A stretch of DNA of 61,899 nt, filler included. It is 8 parts of 8 records of this genome, joined end to end, with 100 filler letters (N's around TTAATTAATTAA, not from the genome) between each part and the next. Parts side by side here need not be neighbours in the genome. Positions count along the whole stretch, not along the records: positions 1 to 14,689 come from SRR7504441_8230; positions 14,790 to 20,468 come from SRR7504441_8251; positions 20,569 to 33,001 come from SRR7504441_8253; 5 more parts are not named here. One strand, 5' to 3'. The position numbers and the translations under genes are program-made. Below, one piece after another: positions 10,401 to 21,536 of this stretch. The notes under the pieces are model-generated. The model worked only from the letters and a program-made list of their open reading frames with translations, made no database searches and was not told the DNA's origin. Each line of letters begins with the position of its first letter. The first letter of the stretch is position 1.

Positions 10401-11687
10401 CAGGTGGTGATATGAACTGGCCTACCCTGAATGTGGGTAAGAGCTTCTTTGATATGGAGCAGACCCAGCAATTCGGTATGGAGAACACTGACACAGCAGG
10501 CGGGATGGATGATTTGGATGTGGAAGGAGGCTGGGACGACGACCTTGGGCTGGATGACGATGGCAACATGGCGCCATCCCCTCAAGAGACGCCTGCCGAC
10601 GACGACGGAGAAGCTGGATGGGATCTCGATGGCATGGAGGACGATCTTTTGGATGCACTTCCAACGCCCAAGCATGTAGACATGCAAGGCTTCTATGCTC
10701 CACCCACCCGCGGTACTAGCTGCAAACAGCAGTGGTCACAGAAGAGCAATGCAGTGGCAGACCAGGTGGCGGCTGGAGCGTTTGATGTGGCCAAGAACCT
10801 TCTGGCCTCGCAGTTTGGGATCACTGAACTGGCCCCGCTCAAGCAGATCTTCACATCCATTGCAATTGGTGCTTTCTCTGCAGTGACGACTGGCGGGCCT
10901 ACGCCTCCGCTGATGCAGGGCATCAACAGGAAAGCGAAAGAGGGCAGCCGTGAAGCAGCAGGGCTCCCCAATGTTTGCATCACTCTCGAATCACTCAGCA
11001 AGGAAATGCAGTCGGGATATGAGCTCTTCACCAAAGGAAAATTCGCTGACTGCCGCCAGGCTTTCCTGTCTGTGTTACACAAGGTTCCGTTTGTGGTGTG
11101 CAGCTCAAAACCCCAATTGAATGACCTGTCAAAGCTTCTCTCCATCTGCAAAGAGTATGTGCTTGCAATGAATGTGGAGCTGCGTCGGCGGGAGGAGGCA
11201 GCCTCTGCAGCAGTTTCGCCTCGGGTCTGTGAGCTTGCAGCATACTTCACACACTTCAATCTGGAGCCAAAACACCTTGTGCTTGCGCTTCGTCAGGCCA
11301 TGTTGCTCAATTTCAAGGCCAAGAACCACCTCGCCGCTGCAGGGTAGCCTACGCCTCACCCCTAAATCTAAAAGCTTGCGATGCAGGTTCGCTAAGAGAT
11401 TGCTCGAACTCAACCCATCGGCCAAGTTTGCTCAGGAGGCCACTAAGGTCCTGCAGGCGTGCCAAGGGCAAGACAGCAATGCCATGCAAATGGACTACGA
11501 TGAGCGCAACCCCTTCACGCTTTGCGCAGCTTCAATGAAGCCAATATACCGTGGCAACCCAAGCATCACCTGTGGCTTTTCTGGGGCAGTGTATATGCCA
11601 GAATACGAGGGGCAACTATGCAATGTGTGCGAGATTGCGGTGATAGGTCCTCAGGTGCCAGGGCTGTCAGTTGTCGATTCTGTCTAG
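7416..11687 (+). CDS. COPA: Coatomer subunit alpha (COPI); 11 exons
   Basis: Starts [16 protein letters not shown]40 motifs [25 protein letters not shown] and [15 protein letters not shown]-terminal YDERNPF..C. Introns: 7484-7660, 7747-7790, 7865-7901 (GC), 7968-8014, 8095-8136, 8237-8279, 8346-8389 (GC), 8531-8607, 8707-8749, 11344-11386. Confidence 0.97.
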
Positions 11688-12002
11688 ATTCTGTCCTGGA
11701 TTGAAAGCAACTTTGAGGTTTGGGATAGTCACTCAGGAATTGTTCAACTGCTCAAAGAGCTGCGACTATAGGCAACTACTAAGCTAAAAATATTTGCAAA
11801 GCTTGCATGGCTCAAGCAAAACATGCAGCAAGTGACAATCACTTACTACAAGGTTTTGGCGCACTTGCATTGGCATGATTCATGCTATGCAAGTGTGCTT
11901 GTCCTCGTATCAAAATGAGATCTCTAGAAACATTTGTTCAAAATAAAAACCAAAAATGAAGTATTTGATGATACCGACTAGATACCGATTAATATAGAGA
12001 GG

Positions 12003-13091
12003 CTAACCAACTACTTTCGGGTCTTTTTGCCACGCTTCTAGAAACCCTTTGACTAACATGTCTGGGTCTACCTTCGATTGATCGGCCGTAGCTCCTGCCG
12101 TTGCTCCCGCTACAGCTGCGGGTGTACTCCCATCATTCCACCGTCTATACTTGTCCACAGCCGTGTGACCATGCTCAGTCCCAGTCTCGGACAGTTTGGA
12201 GCTGCCCGGATCAGGGTCCCTAGGCTCTATTGTTTGCCTTTTCCTGTGTATCGCCTCAGCCTGCTCAACCTCGGAGTGTAGCCGGTCCAGCATCTGGGTG
12301 TCCTTCTTTTCCAACCTCTCTCTGTCCAACCAAATCATTCAACGGCCTACCGAGGCGACAGGGCTCATACTAGGCAGTTGCCTTGCTTTCTTGCTAAGGT
12401 CGGCCTTTGTCTCTAGCTGATGCAAACGAGTGAGTACAGCCATGGAGCTAATCGCGTAAAAAGTCTCCAAGCGACCGTACTCATCAAAGCTCAATGGGTG
12501 TTGCTGCCAACCGAGGAGATTATCAATCCCACAATGCACGCTCAAGCACAACACATATGCGCATAATATTTTGTGCGATACCTCCCGCTCCCGCTGTTTC
12601 AGCGCCGCAACCAGCCCTTTCAGTGTCTGCCGCGCCTGCACTTGAGGTCAGAGAGCCCGCACGGCCAGCGCGACCTGCTTGTCTTCTGCGCGGCACTTGC
12701 TGCTGTCATAGTATCTGGCCGCGCCAGTTGGTCTCCTTCAGGCCACAGCGCGCACCCAGCGGTTGTAGTAGCCGCACACGACTTGTCCAGCAGCTTGGAT
12801 ATCACGTTGCCCTTTGCACTAGCTGCCGGCCGTGCGCTGCCTGGCCTTTCAGGCGGTGCTAGTGCCTTGGCTCTGTCCAGCGCCTGCCTGCAGTACATAG
12901 TCACCCCTGGCATGCCCTCCTGGCTGCAAAAGGCACCGGAACAGCGCCAGCGCGTGATCGAGCTTGCCGATCAGGGGCTGCGCCCGGTCCATCCGTCCCA
13001 GCTCAGCTGGAGTTGCCGCCGCCAGCCCCAGCAGCACCGGCAGCCAGGCCAACCCAGCCGGCGTCGTCAGAGGCAGCACTGATAAGGCCAT
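12003..13091 (-). CDS. Hypothetical multi-exon protein with signal-peptide-like N-terminus
   Basis: MALSVLPLTTPAGLAWLPVLLGLAAA start. Successive minus-strand ORFs (12849..13112, 12339..12641, 12003..12338) are separated by intron-like segments; exact exons are unresolved. Confidence 0.5.
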
Positions 13092-13560
13092 GCCTTCAGC
13101 GAACGTTTGCACTTCACGTTCATTGCAGTCAGTCAGCTGTCAGTCGTACCGTACAGTATACCTGTAGCTAGCTATAGCGCTGTACATGACCGACATGACA
13201 TGACATTGTGCAACTACACATATGAAGACTTTAGAGGTGCAGAGGCCAGAAGAGACCATTCATCACCGGTCAACTCGATTTATCATTAAATAGGATTGCT
13301 ACTTAATTCAATTTTTACGCTCCTTGATGGGGGCATGCGTATGCGTATACGGGCTCCAATTGCAACGACCTCCCAGCTGCCGCTCCAGCATCGCTACTAC
13401 TAGGCGCCGTGGACCTAGCTTTGATACCCTGCGGGAGGTTTATTTAAGCCGGTCTGACCAACTGTATCATAGCTCTAGATATAATTATATCATCATAAGC
13501 ACTGATCAACCGATCAAGCCTGGATAACTGATTGATCAAGGATGCGTTTACAAGGAAAAG

Positions 13561-14689
13561 TCACTGGCTTGGCTCGGCCGGCTCTGTGGTTGGCGCGACG
13601 GTGGGCTTGCTCTCATCAATCTCCTTCATGAGCTTCATCGCGTTGGCGAGCGCTTCCTCACTACCACCACACAGATCATGTGACTTAGTGATAGCATGGC
13701 TAAGGTGAGCAAAACAGCTGTGGCTTCACCTCGAGATGACCGGAGCTGGCGCTGCCCCGGGAGGCAGCGAGATGCTGGGCGGCATTGTGATATTAGCGCC
13801 ACTCGACGCGAGTGCCGCCTGCCCCCAGGATATTCATCTCTTACATTCATCTGCACAATGCCTGGGCAGCAGACAGCGCGTCAGAAGCGCCACCGGTGCT
13901 GGGGTTGGCAGGCTTGGCCGAAAAGTTTGGAGGCAGCGTGATACCTGCACAGGCGAGCTGGTTGATGCAGAGATGCTGCAGCTATCTAGGCGGCGCACCG
14001 GGCGGCATTTTAATCCCAGCAGGCGGCTCAGCAGCTGGTGGCGGCGCTGCAGCCGGAGCTGCGGCTGGAGCTGGCTTCTTCTCTAAGCTTGCCTGTAGCA
14101 GGATCAGTCACGCACCAATCATGCATGATAGGGGCCGCCTGCTTGTTGGCAGCGCATATGGCTGCGATTTCTTGTTTGAACTTCTTCTCTATTTGCTCGT
14201 CTTGGTCTTCTTCGTCGAGTGTCAGCTCAACCACCTGTTTGGGCTAAGCCTGCCACGAGCCCCGGGCGGGCTACTGTCGAGTTCATCTTCATTGAAATTG
14301 CGAGCGCCATCACTCCAGCAACCTGCGACCGAATCACTCCCGGATTTACAACCAGCAGGTTACTGTGATGTCGTTCCGCCTGAGATCCACCCTAGTTAGC
14401 GCCCTGTTACCCTCCAACAGTTCCGCCATCGCTATCGTGCCCTCATCGCCAATGTCCGCATTGGCTAGTCCGAGCGTGTGCACCGACCGGTTGTGTATCA
14501 TACCTGCCGGCTGCGGCTCAAGCCCGACCAGGCCGAGCCCGCACCCTGCTTGATTCCACCAAACCCTTCTGGCATCACCTAGCACCATCGTCAGCCCACA
14601 GCCCCGGCATCCACGCACCGGGTTGCAGCCGATATCCAGCACCTCCAGCGTGCCGTTCTTCTCCAGCATCGGCCCCAGCGCGCTGTGCG
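13561..14689 (-). CDS. RNI-like leucine-rich-repeat protein (PPP1R37/NLRC3-like repeats), 5'-truncated by the gap
   Basis: Spliced repeats LEKNGTLEVLDIGCNPV, MIHNRSVHTLGLANADIGDEGTIAMAELLEGNRALTRVDLRRNDITVAGVMALAISMKMNSTVVELTLD. Several ~40-nt GT-AG introns; the frame ends ...EPAEPSQ* at 13561. Confidence 0.75.
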
Positions 14690-14789
14690 NNNNNNNNNNN
14701 NNNNNNNNNNNNNNNNNNNNNNNNNNNNNNNNNTTAATTAATTAANNNNNNNNNNNNNNNNNNNNNNNNNNNNNNNNNNNNNNNNNNNN
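14690..14789. other. Artificial contig spacer (N44-TTAATTAATTAA-N44)
   Basis: 100-nt N linker with stop codons in all six frames; repeated seven times in the window. Confidence 0.99.
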
Positions 14790-16464
14790 GAAGGAGCTCG
14801 CCTTCGCCCAACAGGCCCACGCGGTGCTTGACGGCCAGTCTGAACGGGCCAAGCACGAGGCGGCCGAGGCGGGCCGCCAGTCCGAGAAGACGGAGGCCCA
14901 ACTCAAGAAGGCGAACGCGAGGAGCAGATTGATAGCAAGCGAGCTGCGCAAGCAGGCAACCAAGGAGCAGGGGCTCAAAGCGAAGGCCCACAAGGCCGAG
15001 CAGAAGAAGCTGGCCGAGCGCAAGCGGGAGGAGGCGCTCAAGACCAAGATTGCCGAGGAGGGGACGGCCGGCGCGGCCAAGGGCGCCGAGCTCACCAAGC
15101 TCGCCCAGGCGGGGGCCGAGAAACGGCTGGAAGAGCAGGAGGCGCGCTACCGGGAGGCCGGGCAGGAGCTCGAGCGGCTCAAGGCCGACCGGGCCGCCGG
15201 CAAGGTGGCGGCCACCAAGGCGGTGGAGGAGGCCAAACAAGCCAAGCTGCAGCTCGGGAAGAGCCGGGATGAGTTTGAGAAAGCAGACAAGCAGGCGGAG
15301 GCTGCGGCGGGCGCGGTGGGCGGCGCCCTTCGGGAGGACGGGCACAGCCGGCCCAAGGTGGCCGAGCGGAAGGCAGCCGTTGCGGCGAACAAGGAACGAA
15401 TCCGGACTCTAAGGAGTGTAGTCAACAAATCCAGCAAACGGTTTGAACTGGCGCGCGGCCGAGTGAACCAACTGGCGGCCGGCGCGAGCACGCTGCGCGA
15501 TCGGATGAAATCGGCCGAGCGGCTGATGAGCGACGACCGTGACATCAAGACCAAAGCCGAGCACGATGGCAAAGTAATCGGAAGCATGTCGCACAAGGAG
15601 CAGCGCCTGATGGTGGCTGCGCCGGCTGGGCTGGGCTCATGGGGCGGGTGGCAGAGCGAAGCTAACCGGCTGGCCCGGGTGCAGGCTTCGGCAAAGGAGC
15701 AAGCGTCGCATCGGAGCTCGGAACTGGCTCGGTTGCAAAGAGGGGCGAATGAGGCAGCCAAGGCCAGCATCGATCGGGCGTCCACCAAGGCAGCCACGGC
15801 GGCCGAGCTCAAGGAGGCAGAGCAACACCTCAAGGAGACCACTAAGATGGCCGACGGGGCCAAGAAGGAATCAGGCGCTGCAGCCAAGGAAGTGGCGCAG
15901 CTCAAGGTCGGGGTCACGCGATTGACTAAGCAGAGGAAGCGGGCCGAGGAGGTGCTGGAGAAAAAATCTGTCACCCGCATCCCAAAGGAGGCCTCCATAG
16001 AGGAAGCGCAGCAGCAATTGAGGCAGACCAAACGGAATCTGGAGGCCGCGACCACAAAGCTGCACACCGCTTTGAGGGCCGAGCACGATGCTTTGGACCA
16101 GCAGGACAAGGCAGCAGCTCGGCTTAAGCTCTCACAGGAACGGGCCCAGACGTACGAGCGAGACAGGCGGGATGCAGCTGGCTCGGTCGATGACGCCAAG
16201 AAGGCTCACGAGATCGCTCGGGCTGCTGATGTGAAGGCAGATGAGGCAAGAGAACGCTCGGAAGAGCTCGCAATGGCGGCGGAGAAGAAGATGGAGGAGG
16301 CCGAGGAGAACGCGCTCGACGCGAGCAATGCGGCCGCAGTTGCTTTGGAGAGCGAGAAAAGTTATCACGAGCGGTTAGAAGCCAAGAAGCAGCTCGAAAT
16401 CGATTCGTTGAGCAAGCACGAGCAGCTAAAAGTATCTAGCCCCCGGCCCGCAGCGGTTCCCTAG
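14790..16464 (+). CDS. Long Ala/Lys/Glu-rich coiled-coil protein, 5'-truncated
   Basis: Open from the contig edge to TAG 16464 with heptad-like A/K/E/Q composition. Probable in-frame 42-nt intron at 15613..15654. Confidence 0.8.
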
Positions 16465-16617
16465 GCTTGTAATATTGATGAATGCCTATTTCCATAATCG
16501 TTGGTAAATGGCCGCTACCACCCCCGAAATCAGTAAACTGCACCCGACGAGGGGGGTAGCCAAATTGCGAGCACTTGTAGATCTAGTGGTGCACCTAGTG
16601 CACCACACCAAGTATTC

Positions 16618-18059
16618 ATGAGTGACCGCGCGTTCGGACTGGCCGCGGAATCCAGACGGAATCACGTTTCCATGGAGAGGGAGGTCGACCCGCTCGAGGT
16701 CCCTTCCATCCCGCCGCTCGCCGCCGCGTTCTCCGCATTCTCCGGACGCTTGCGGACCCCGTACGACCCTGCTGGCCCGCTCCACCTGGTCGCCCCGCCC
16801 GAGGCTTCTGGCGCCGCCACGTCGCTATCGCTATCGATGCTGCTGGGCGGGATGGGATCGGCGTTCTCCAGGAAGCTGGGCGGGATGGCAAACCGCGCGA
16901 AGTCGGCCAACTCGCTAGCCGTGCCGACCGCCGAGGAGTTGTATGGGGTCAAGATAAAGAGAGAGCAGGGCTGCACAGAACCTCTCTGCCCGCCGACCGA
17001 GGCACCGGCAGTGGCCAGACCCCTGGCCCAGCGGCCGCCAGACTTCAGTCTAGATCCGAGCAGGACCAGGCCACTGCACCCATACGCAGACGCGCCCGGC
17101 CCGAACAAGAGGGCACGGACCGAAGCCCCGATCGATCTCAGACAGGGCGGCCTGCTACGGCCGACTCCGCGATCGGGGCAGCAGATCTGGCAGGGCCAGC
17201 TGCAGGTGCCAGGCTTGAACCACGTAGCGGTGGGGCCGTGGCGGAGCGAGGGGATGGGGTTCGCCAAAGCTGAGCCTCAGGCGCGGCTGCTGGGTAGGCA
17301 GAGCTCAGATGGGGGCAGCTGAAGAATTGGAAGCTCGCCCGGCGAGAATTGGAACTCGCCAACAGCACATTCAGCCACGGGCGAGTATCCCACCAGCCGG
17401 CGAGGGCCGTCCAAGCTCCCCAGGATCTCGGCAGCCCAGCTGGGTACAGTGGGTCTACCGGCTTGAGGGTGGGATTGAACACTCGAGTAAGTGACCGGTG
17501 CGTTAGTCGGCTAATCGGGTTCAGGTGGTGCAGAAGAGCGACGAGGGCGAGAGGATTGGCCATCTGTGGCATAAGTATGGCCAGAAGCAGATATGCACTG
17601 GGATCCTAGCGGTCTTGCTGTCTGGTGGCTGCCTCTGAACCGTCCGCAGGGTGGTACTGAAGTGATGATGAGAAGGTGCTACTACAAGTGCTTCATAAAG
17701 ACATGCCCGGCTAGACTGAGAGTAGACCACGCTGAAGGTAGCGGCCGGCAACTCAACTCGGTGCGGCGCCGCTTGCTAGGTTGGTGAGCCGTATGCAGAC
17801 GGCTATAGGCGAGCACAACCATGCGATCACCACGGCGGACCGGGAGAGTAAAGTCTACCTGGCATGGGACAACGTTGGAGGCCCTGTCGGCACACTAAGT
17901 TGCCCGATCAATCCTGAATCTGTCGGGGTGGATGAAGAGGTGCAGCTAGCTATGGCGCCACTAGATCTAGATCTAGACTCCACTAATGCGGGACTAACAT
18001 ACCGGCCCCAAGCAGCTTGTTCAAAACTCAAGCAATGCATTGCACATGATGCAGATTGA
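16618..18059 (+). CDS. WRKY-domain transcription factor (WHKYGQK variant, C-x4-C-x23-H-x-H); at least 5 exons
   Basis: Removing phase-0 introns 17281-17318 (GC), 17487-17524, 17612-17649 and 17761-17798 gives GHLWHKYGQKQICTGILAGGTEVMMRRCYYKCFIKTCPARLRVDHAEGSGRQLNSTAIGEHNH. The start is 16618 or 16672. Confidence 0.85.
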
Positions 18060-18290
18060 TGCTGGCACCGCCGGTACTCGAACTGAGCAATACGTGTAGA
18101 TTTAAGTACAGTCTTACAGTAAAATACTGCTGGTGCATTAATTAATTCTAGTACGCAATCCAACCTCAATAGCTAGTCCGCGAACTATAGTGACTATACA
18201 TGCACGTACGTACGAATACAAGTCAGCCGCTTTATACATGTATTCATATTCATGGAGAGTTGGAGAACTCCTAGAGAACTCCATCTGCTG

Positions 18291-20256
18291 CTAATCCTCA
18301 CTAGGCTCATCCACATGGAGGGGGTCATGATACTCTTCGCGGCCCTTCCTCCGTAGAAAATGCACCACCTGAAACCCCAAACCCGCCCGTCAAATCACGG
18401 CCGTGTCCAAACAAGCACCTTGGCCTGCTCCAGCCGCTGCAGCTGCTGCCTGTGCACTGCCTCAAGCACTTCAATCTGCTTTGAACACAGTCGCACACAG
18501 CCCGGGCCCGCGCCGGTCGCCTGGCTCATCGAGAGCTCCTCCGAGTCGTCGCCGAGCAGCTGCTCGACGCTGATCCCGAGCTCTGGTAGCATTGGGTGCA
18601 GACCCCTCATGAGTGCCTCTGCCGCCTGCTAGTCAGCCATCTAGACCAGCGGCCCACCTTGTCGCTGAATCACGTTAGAAACCTCCACCTCCGGGGAGAT
18701 ACTAGCCGGCTCCAACCGGTCTGCCGGATCTTGCGCGACCTGCTTCCTCGCCACCGCTGCGTACGAAAATCCAACAGCAGTCGGTTGGTCATGCTCCGGT
18801 GCCGGCAGCTCAGCCAAGTCAAAACCACTCTCTTCAGTGCCGCTGCAACTGGCAGCCGTCGCCTCGGGCTCTGTACTGAGCAGTGCCTCCGCTGAGCCCG
18901 GCCCAGCCTGCAGATCGACTGCTGCTGCCAGCTCAGCCTCCTCCACTCTCCAGCTCTCCGATTCTGCCTCCGGTTCCGGTTCTGATAGCAGCTCAACCGC
19001 TGCGGACTCGGCCTCTGCCGCGGCGCCAGTCTGCTGCTCCATCTCGGCAGGACTGACCGGCACAGCCTCGCTGGCTTCCTGCGCCTGCTTCTTGGCCTTA
19101 CTCTTGCGATTCTTCTTCTTTGCTTTCTTTGGCTTGCTGAGCAACTCGGTGTCGTCTTGCAGCAGAGCCAACATCGCTCGCTCAGCCTGGGCCTCCAGCG
19201 CGGCCACCACCGGCCGCAGCACCTGCCCGGCCACTCCCCCCTCCCCGCATCCAATCGGACCTCCTGTGTATCTGAGTCGTGCTTTTCCGCCATCTCCAAA
19301 GCCGTCAAACTAGACCTTCCCCACGCTGCCCGCAACCCCGGCCGGGGGCACACCCCGAGCTGCGCGCCACCGGGTCCGCCTTGGCCGCCAGCAGCAGCTG
19401 CACGCCCGGCTTCCAGTCCTTTCCCGCAGCTAAATGCAAAAGCGTCTGGCCAGACCTGCGCCGCAGCTGGCCAATGTAGCCCTCGCCAGGCCGTACCCGT
19501 CTTCCTTCCGGAGTATGGCGGCCCGGTCGGGCTCGGCCAGCCGGTCCAGCAGGATCCTGAGCACCTCACAGTGCCCCTGGCACACCGCCAGCCTGCAGCA
19601 CGCCTCAGCCCTCGCCCCGCGCCACAGCACCTAGTGGCCGCCTTCCTCCCGGCAGCGGCCAGCTGCTTGGCCAGCTGCCCTGGCTGTCACCGGCCCAGCC
19701 CGTCGCGGCCCACCGTCGGAGGGTCTATTCTGGTCAGCAGCCGCTCGGCCACAGTCGCAATCCCAGTACACGCCGCGAACATCAGCGCTGTCCACCCGGT
19801 CGGCAGGCGCCAGCCAGCCCCGGCACCGGTATCGCCGTTCCCCTGGGCCGCCAACGGGTCGGCCTTGGCGTCCAGGAGTAACTGCCGGCCCTCTGAGCCC
19901 GGCGGCTGGGCCTGTGGTCGCCTGGACGCAGATCGGACAGCCGCTCAGGATAGCCCGATGCAGCGCCGTGGCCCCGTTGGCCGCGCGAGCCCCCACCGAA
20001 CAACCCAGCCTTACCAGCCGCCCCACCTGCCCCTGGCTTCCCGCCCCGGTCACCGGGGATCGACCATCTCGGGGTTGCGCTGGTCCGCGGCGATCATCAG
20101 CCCGGTGTGCCCGTCCGGCGAGGCGACAGAGAGCAGCCCGGGTCCGTGACGGGCCAGCTGGGTCTCCACCGCCGGCCAGTCCCCCTTGTACACAGCCTCC
20201 AGCCATCCCTCCGGCTCGTAACCCCCGGCCAACTCCCGCCCGGCGATGGTCGCCAT
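18291..20256 (-). CDS. Ankyrin-repeat protein with Lys-rich and acidic C-terminal region; multi-exon
   Basis: Motifs DGHTGLMIAA, NGATALHRAILSGCPICV and AVCQGHCEVLRILL; KPKKAKKKNRKSK tract; spliced end ...VDEPSED* at 18291. Internal exon borders are approximate. Confidence 0.7.
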
Positions 20257-20352
20257 CCCCGAGGTCTGCGCAAGCACTGCAGGGCCAGCGGCGCGATTTT
20301 GCTCGGGACGCGTTGGGGATCGGAGGCTGAACATACTGTACAAGTATACTCA

Positions 20353-20468
20353 TGGCTATGCCACAAGGGCCACGCGGAGGTAGCGAGGTGGCTGCTGGAG
20401 GCGAACGCAGCCGTGAACTAGGCAAACCAAGAGGGCTACACGCCGCTGCACTGGGCGAGCCAGGAGGG
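20353..20468 (+). pseudogene. Ankyrin-repeat fragment with in-frame TAG
   Basis: WLCHKGHAEVARWLLEANAAVN*ANQEGYTPLHWASQEG, with TAG at 20419-20421 and no in-frame ATG nearby. It ends at the contig edge. Confidence 0.6.
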
Positions 20469-20568
20469 NNNNNNNNNNNNNNNNNNNNNNNNNNNNNNNN
20501 NNNNNNNNNNNNTTAATTAATTAANNNNNNNNNNNNNNNNNNNNNNNNNNNNNNNNNNNNNNNNNNNN
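20469..20568. other. Artificial contig spacer
   Basis: N44-TTAATTAATTAA-N44. Confidence 0.99.
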
Positions 20569-20651
20569 ATGATTGAGCTATGATTGAGCTATGATTGACG
20601 CGATTGAGCTTCAAGAGTCGGTTACCAGTCCGGTTTGAACCAGGTTTGAAC
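20569..20651. repeat. Short tandem repeats (ATGATTGAGCT x ~3.5; GGTTTGAAC x2)
   Basis: Directly visible units with an 11-bp period. Confidence 0.8.
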
Positions 20652-20690
20652 AACCTTTTGTGATCGGTTTGCTATTCGGTTTCGCTAGTC

Positions 20691-21476
20691 TCAGTCTTGC
20701 TTCTCGGACTCAGCGAGAATGATGCGCACCGTCCGGCCGAGCAGCAGGAAGGGCGTGACCACCCAGGCGCACGCAATCAGCCTGTCTAGGTTGCTGATCA
20801 GCACATGCGGTGTGTGCCCGAGGATCATGTCCGGCATGTAATAGGCCACGGCGCCCGCAAAGTGCATCCCGTGCAGGAACGCCTCCACCACGTAACGGAC
20901 TCGATTCCGACGCAAATAGAGCGCCAGCACCAGCAGCGCGAACGGGGTCTCGACCAGCAGCTCGAACCAGTAAATTGTATCCCAACCGACTCGGCGCGGG
21001 TGGTGCCGCACAAGCAGATGAATGTCATTCTGGACGGTATACGCCTCGCGCAGGTTGGGCGTCACCCCGAGCAGCCCGGACCCGGCGTCGCACAGCGTGT
21101 GGTAGAAACAGGCGTTCATCAGGTGCCAGGTCATGGCCATCCGCTCCGTGGCCGACAGTCTGTGCAGCATTGAGGCCTGCCAGGCCAGCCGGAGCAGCAG
21201 CCCGCTCGCGACCGCCGAGGCTATCAGCGGCCAGGAGAGCAGAAAGTCTAGAGGCTCGGGCCAGGCCCGGAGCGGGATCGGCCACAGCTGCTCCTTCCCA
21301 ACCGCCGGATCGTACAGCGCTCCTATCAGCACCACAAATCCGGCCATCACGCACGGCCAGTGGACATACAGCTCGGTCAGCACCGTGGTGCTCCGCCCTG
21401 CGGGAACACTGACAGCCCCAGCCGGCCGCGTCCGGGCTCGGGGCGAGCTCTCGCGGCCACTGCGCGTGGACACCAT
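20691..21476 (-). CDS. EXPERA/emopamil-binding-protein-like membrane protein
   Basis: Several hydrophobic helices; pattern WHLMNACFYH...REAY...D...YWFELLVETPFALL...RYVVE...HFAGAVAYY. Confidence 0.65.
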   Translation of the reverse strand: MVSTRSGRESSPRARTRPAGAVSVPAGRSTTVLTELYVHWPCVMAGFVVLIGALYDPAVGKEQLWPIPLRAWPEPLDFLLSWPLIASAVASGLLLRLAWQASMLHRLSATERMAMTWHLMNACFYHTLCDAGSGLLGVTPNLREAYTVQNDIHLLVRHHPRRVGWDTIYWFELLVETPFALLVLALYLRRNRVRYVVEAFLHGMHFAGAVAYYMPDMILGHTPHVLISNLDRLIACAWVVTPFLLLGRTVRIILAESEKQD

Positions 21477-21505
21477 GCTAACCGTAAATCCCGCTAACCG
21501 TAAAT
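21477..21505. promoter_or_regulatory. 13-bp direct repeat GCTAACCGTAAAT x2 in a 60-bp divergent promoter (contains MYB-type YAACNG)
   Basis: Copies at 21477-21489 and 21493-21505, between ATG 21476 (-) and ATG 21537 (+). The regulatory role is inferred. Confidence 0.4.
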
Positions 21506-21536
21506 ATTATGAACATTTTTTACGAGAGAAATCCCC

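Noticed and set aside
7484..11386. Introner-type mobile introns
   Set aside because: By eye the introns share length but not sequence, and show no terminal inverted repeats; an all-versus-all comparison would be needed to exclude degraded families.
14734..14745. TTAATTAATTAA palindrome repeated seven times
   Set aside because: Always flanked by 44 N on each side; it is an assembly linker, not biology.
20419..20421. TAG-to-Gln genetic code reassignment
   Set aside because: TAG is the genuine terminator of COPA (11687), the GH59 gene (49185) and others, and long conserved exons contain no in-frame TAG.
20569..20651. CRISPR-like array
   Set aside because: Units are only 9-11 bp with no unique spacers and no cas genes, in a eukaryotic context.
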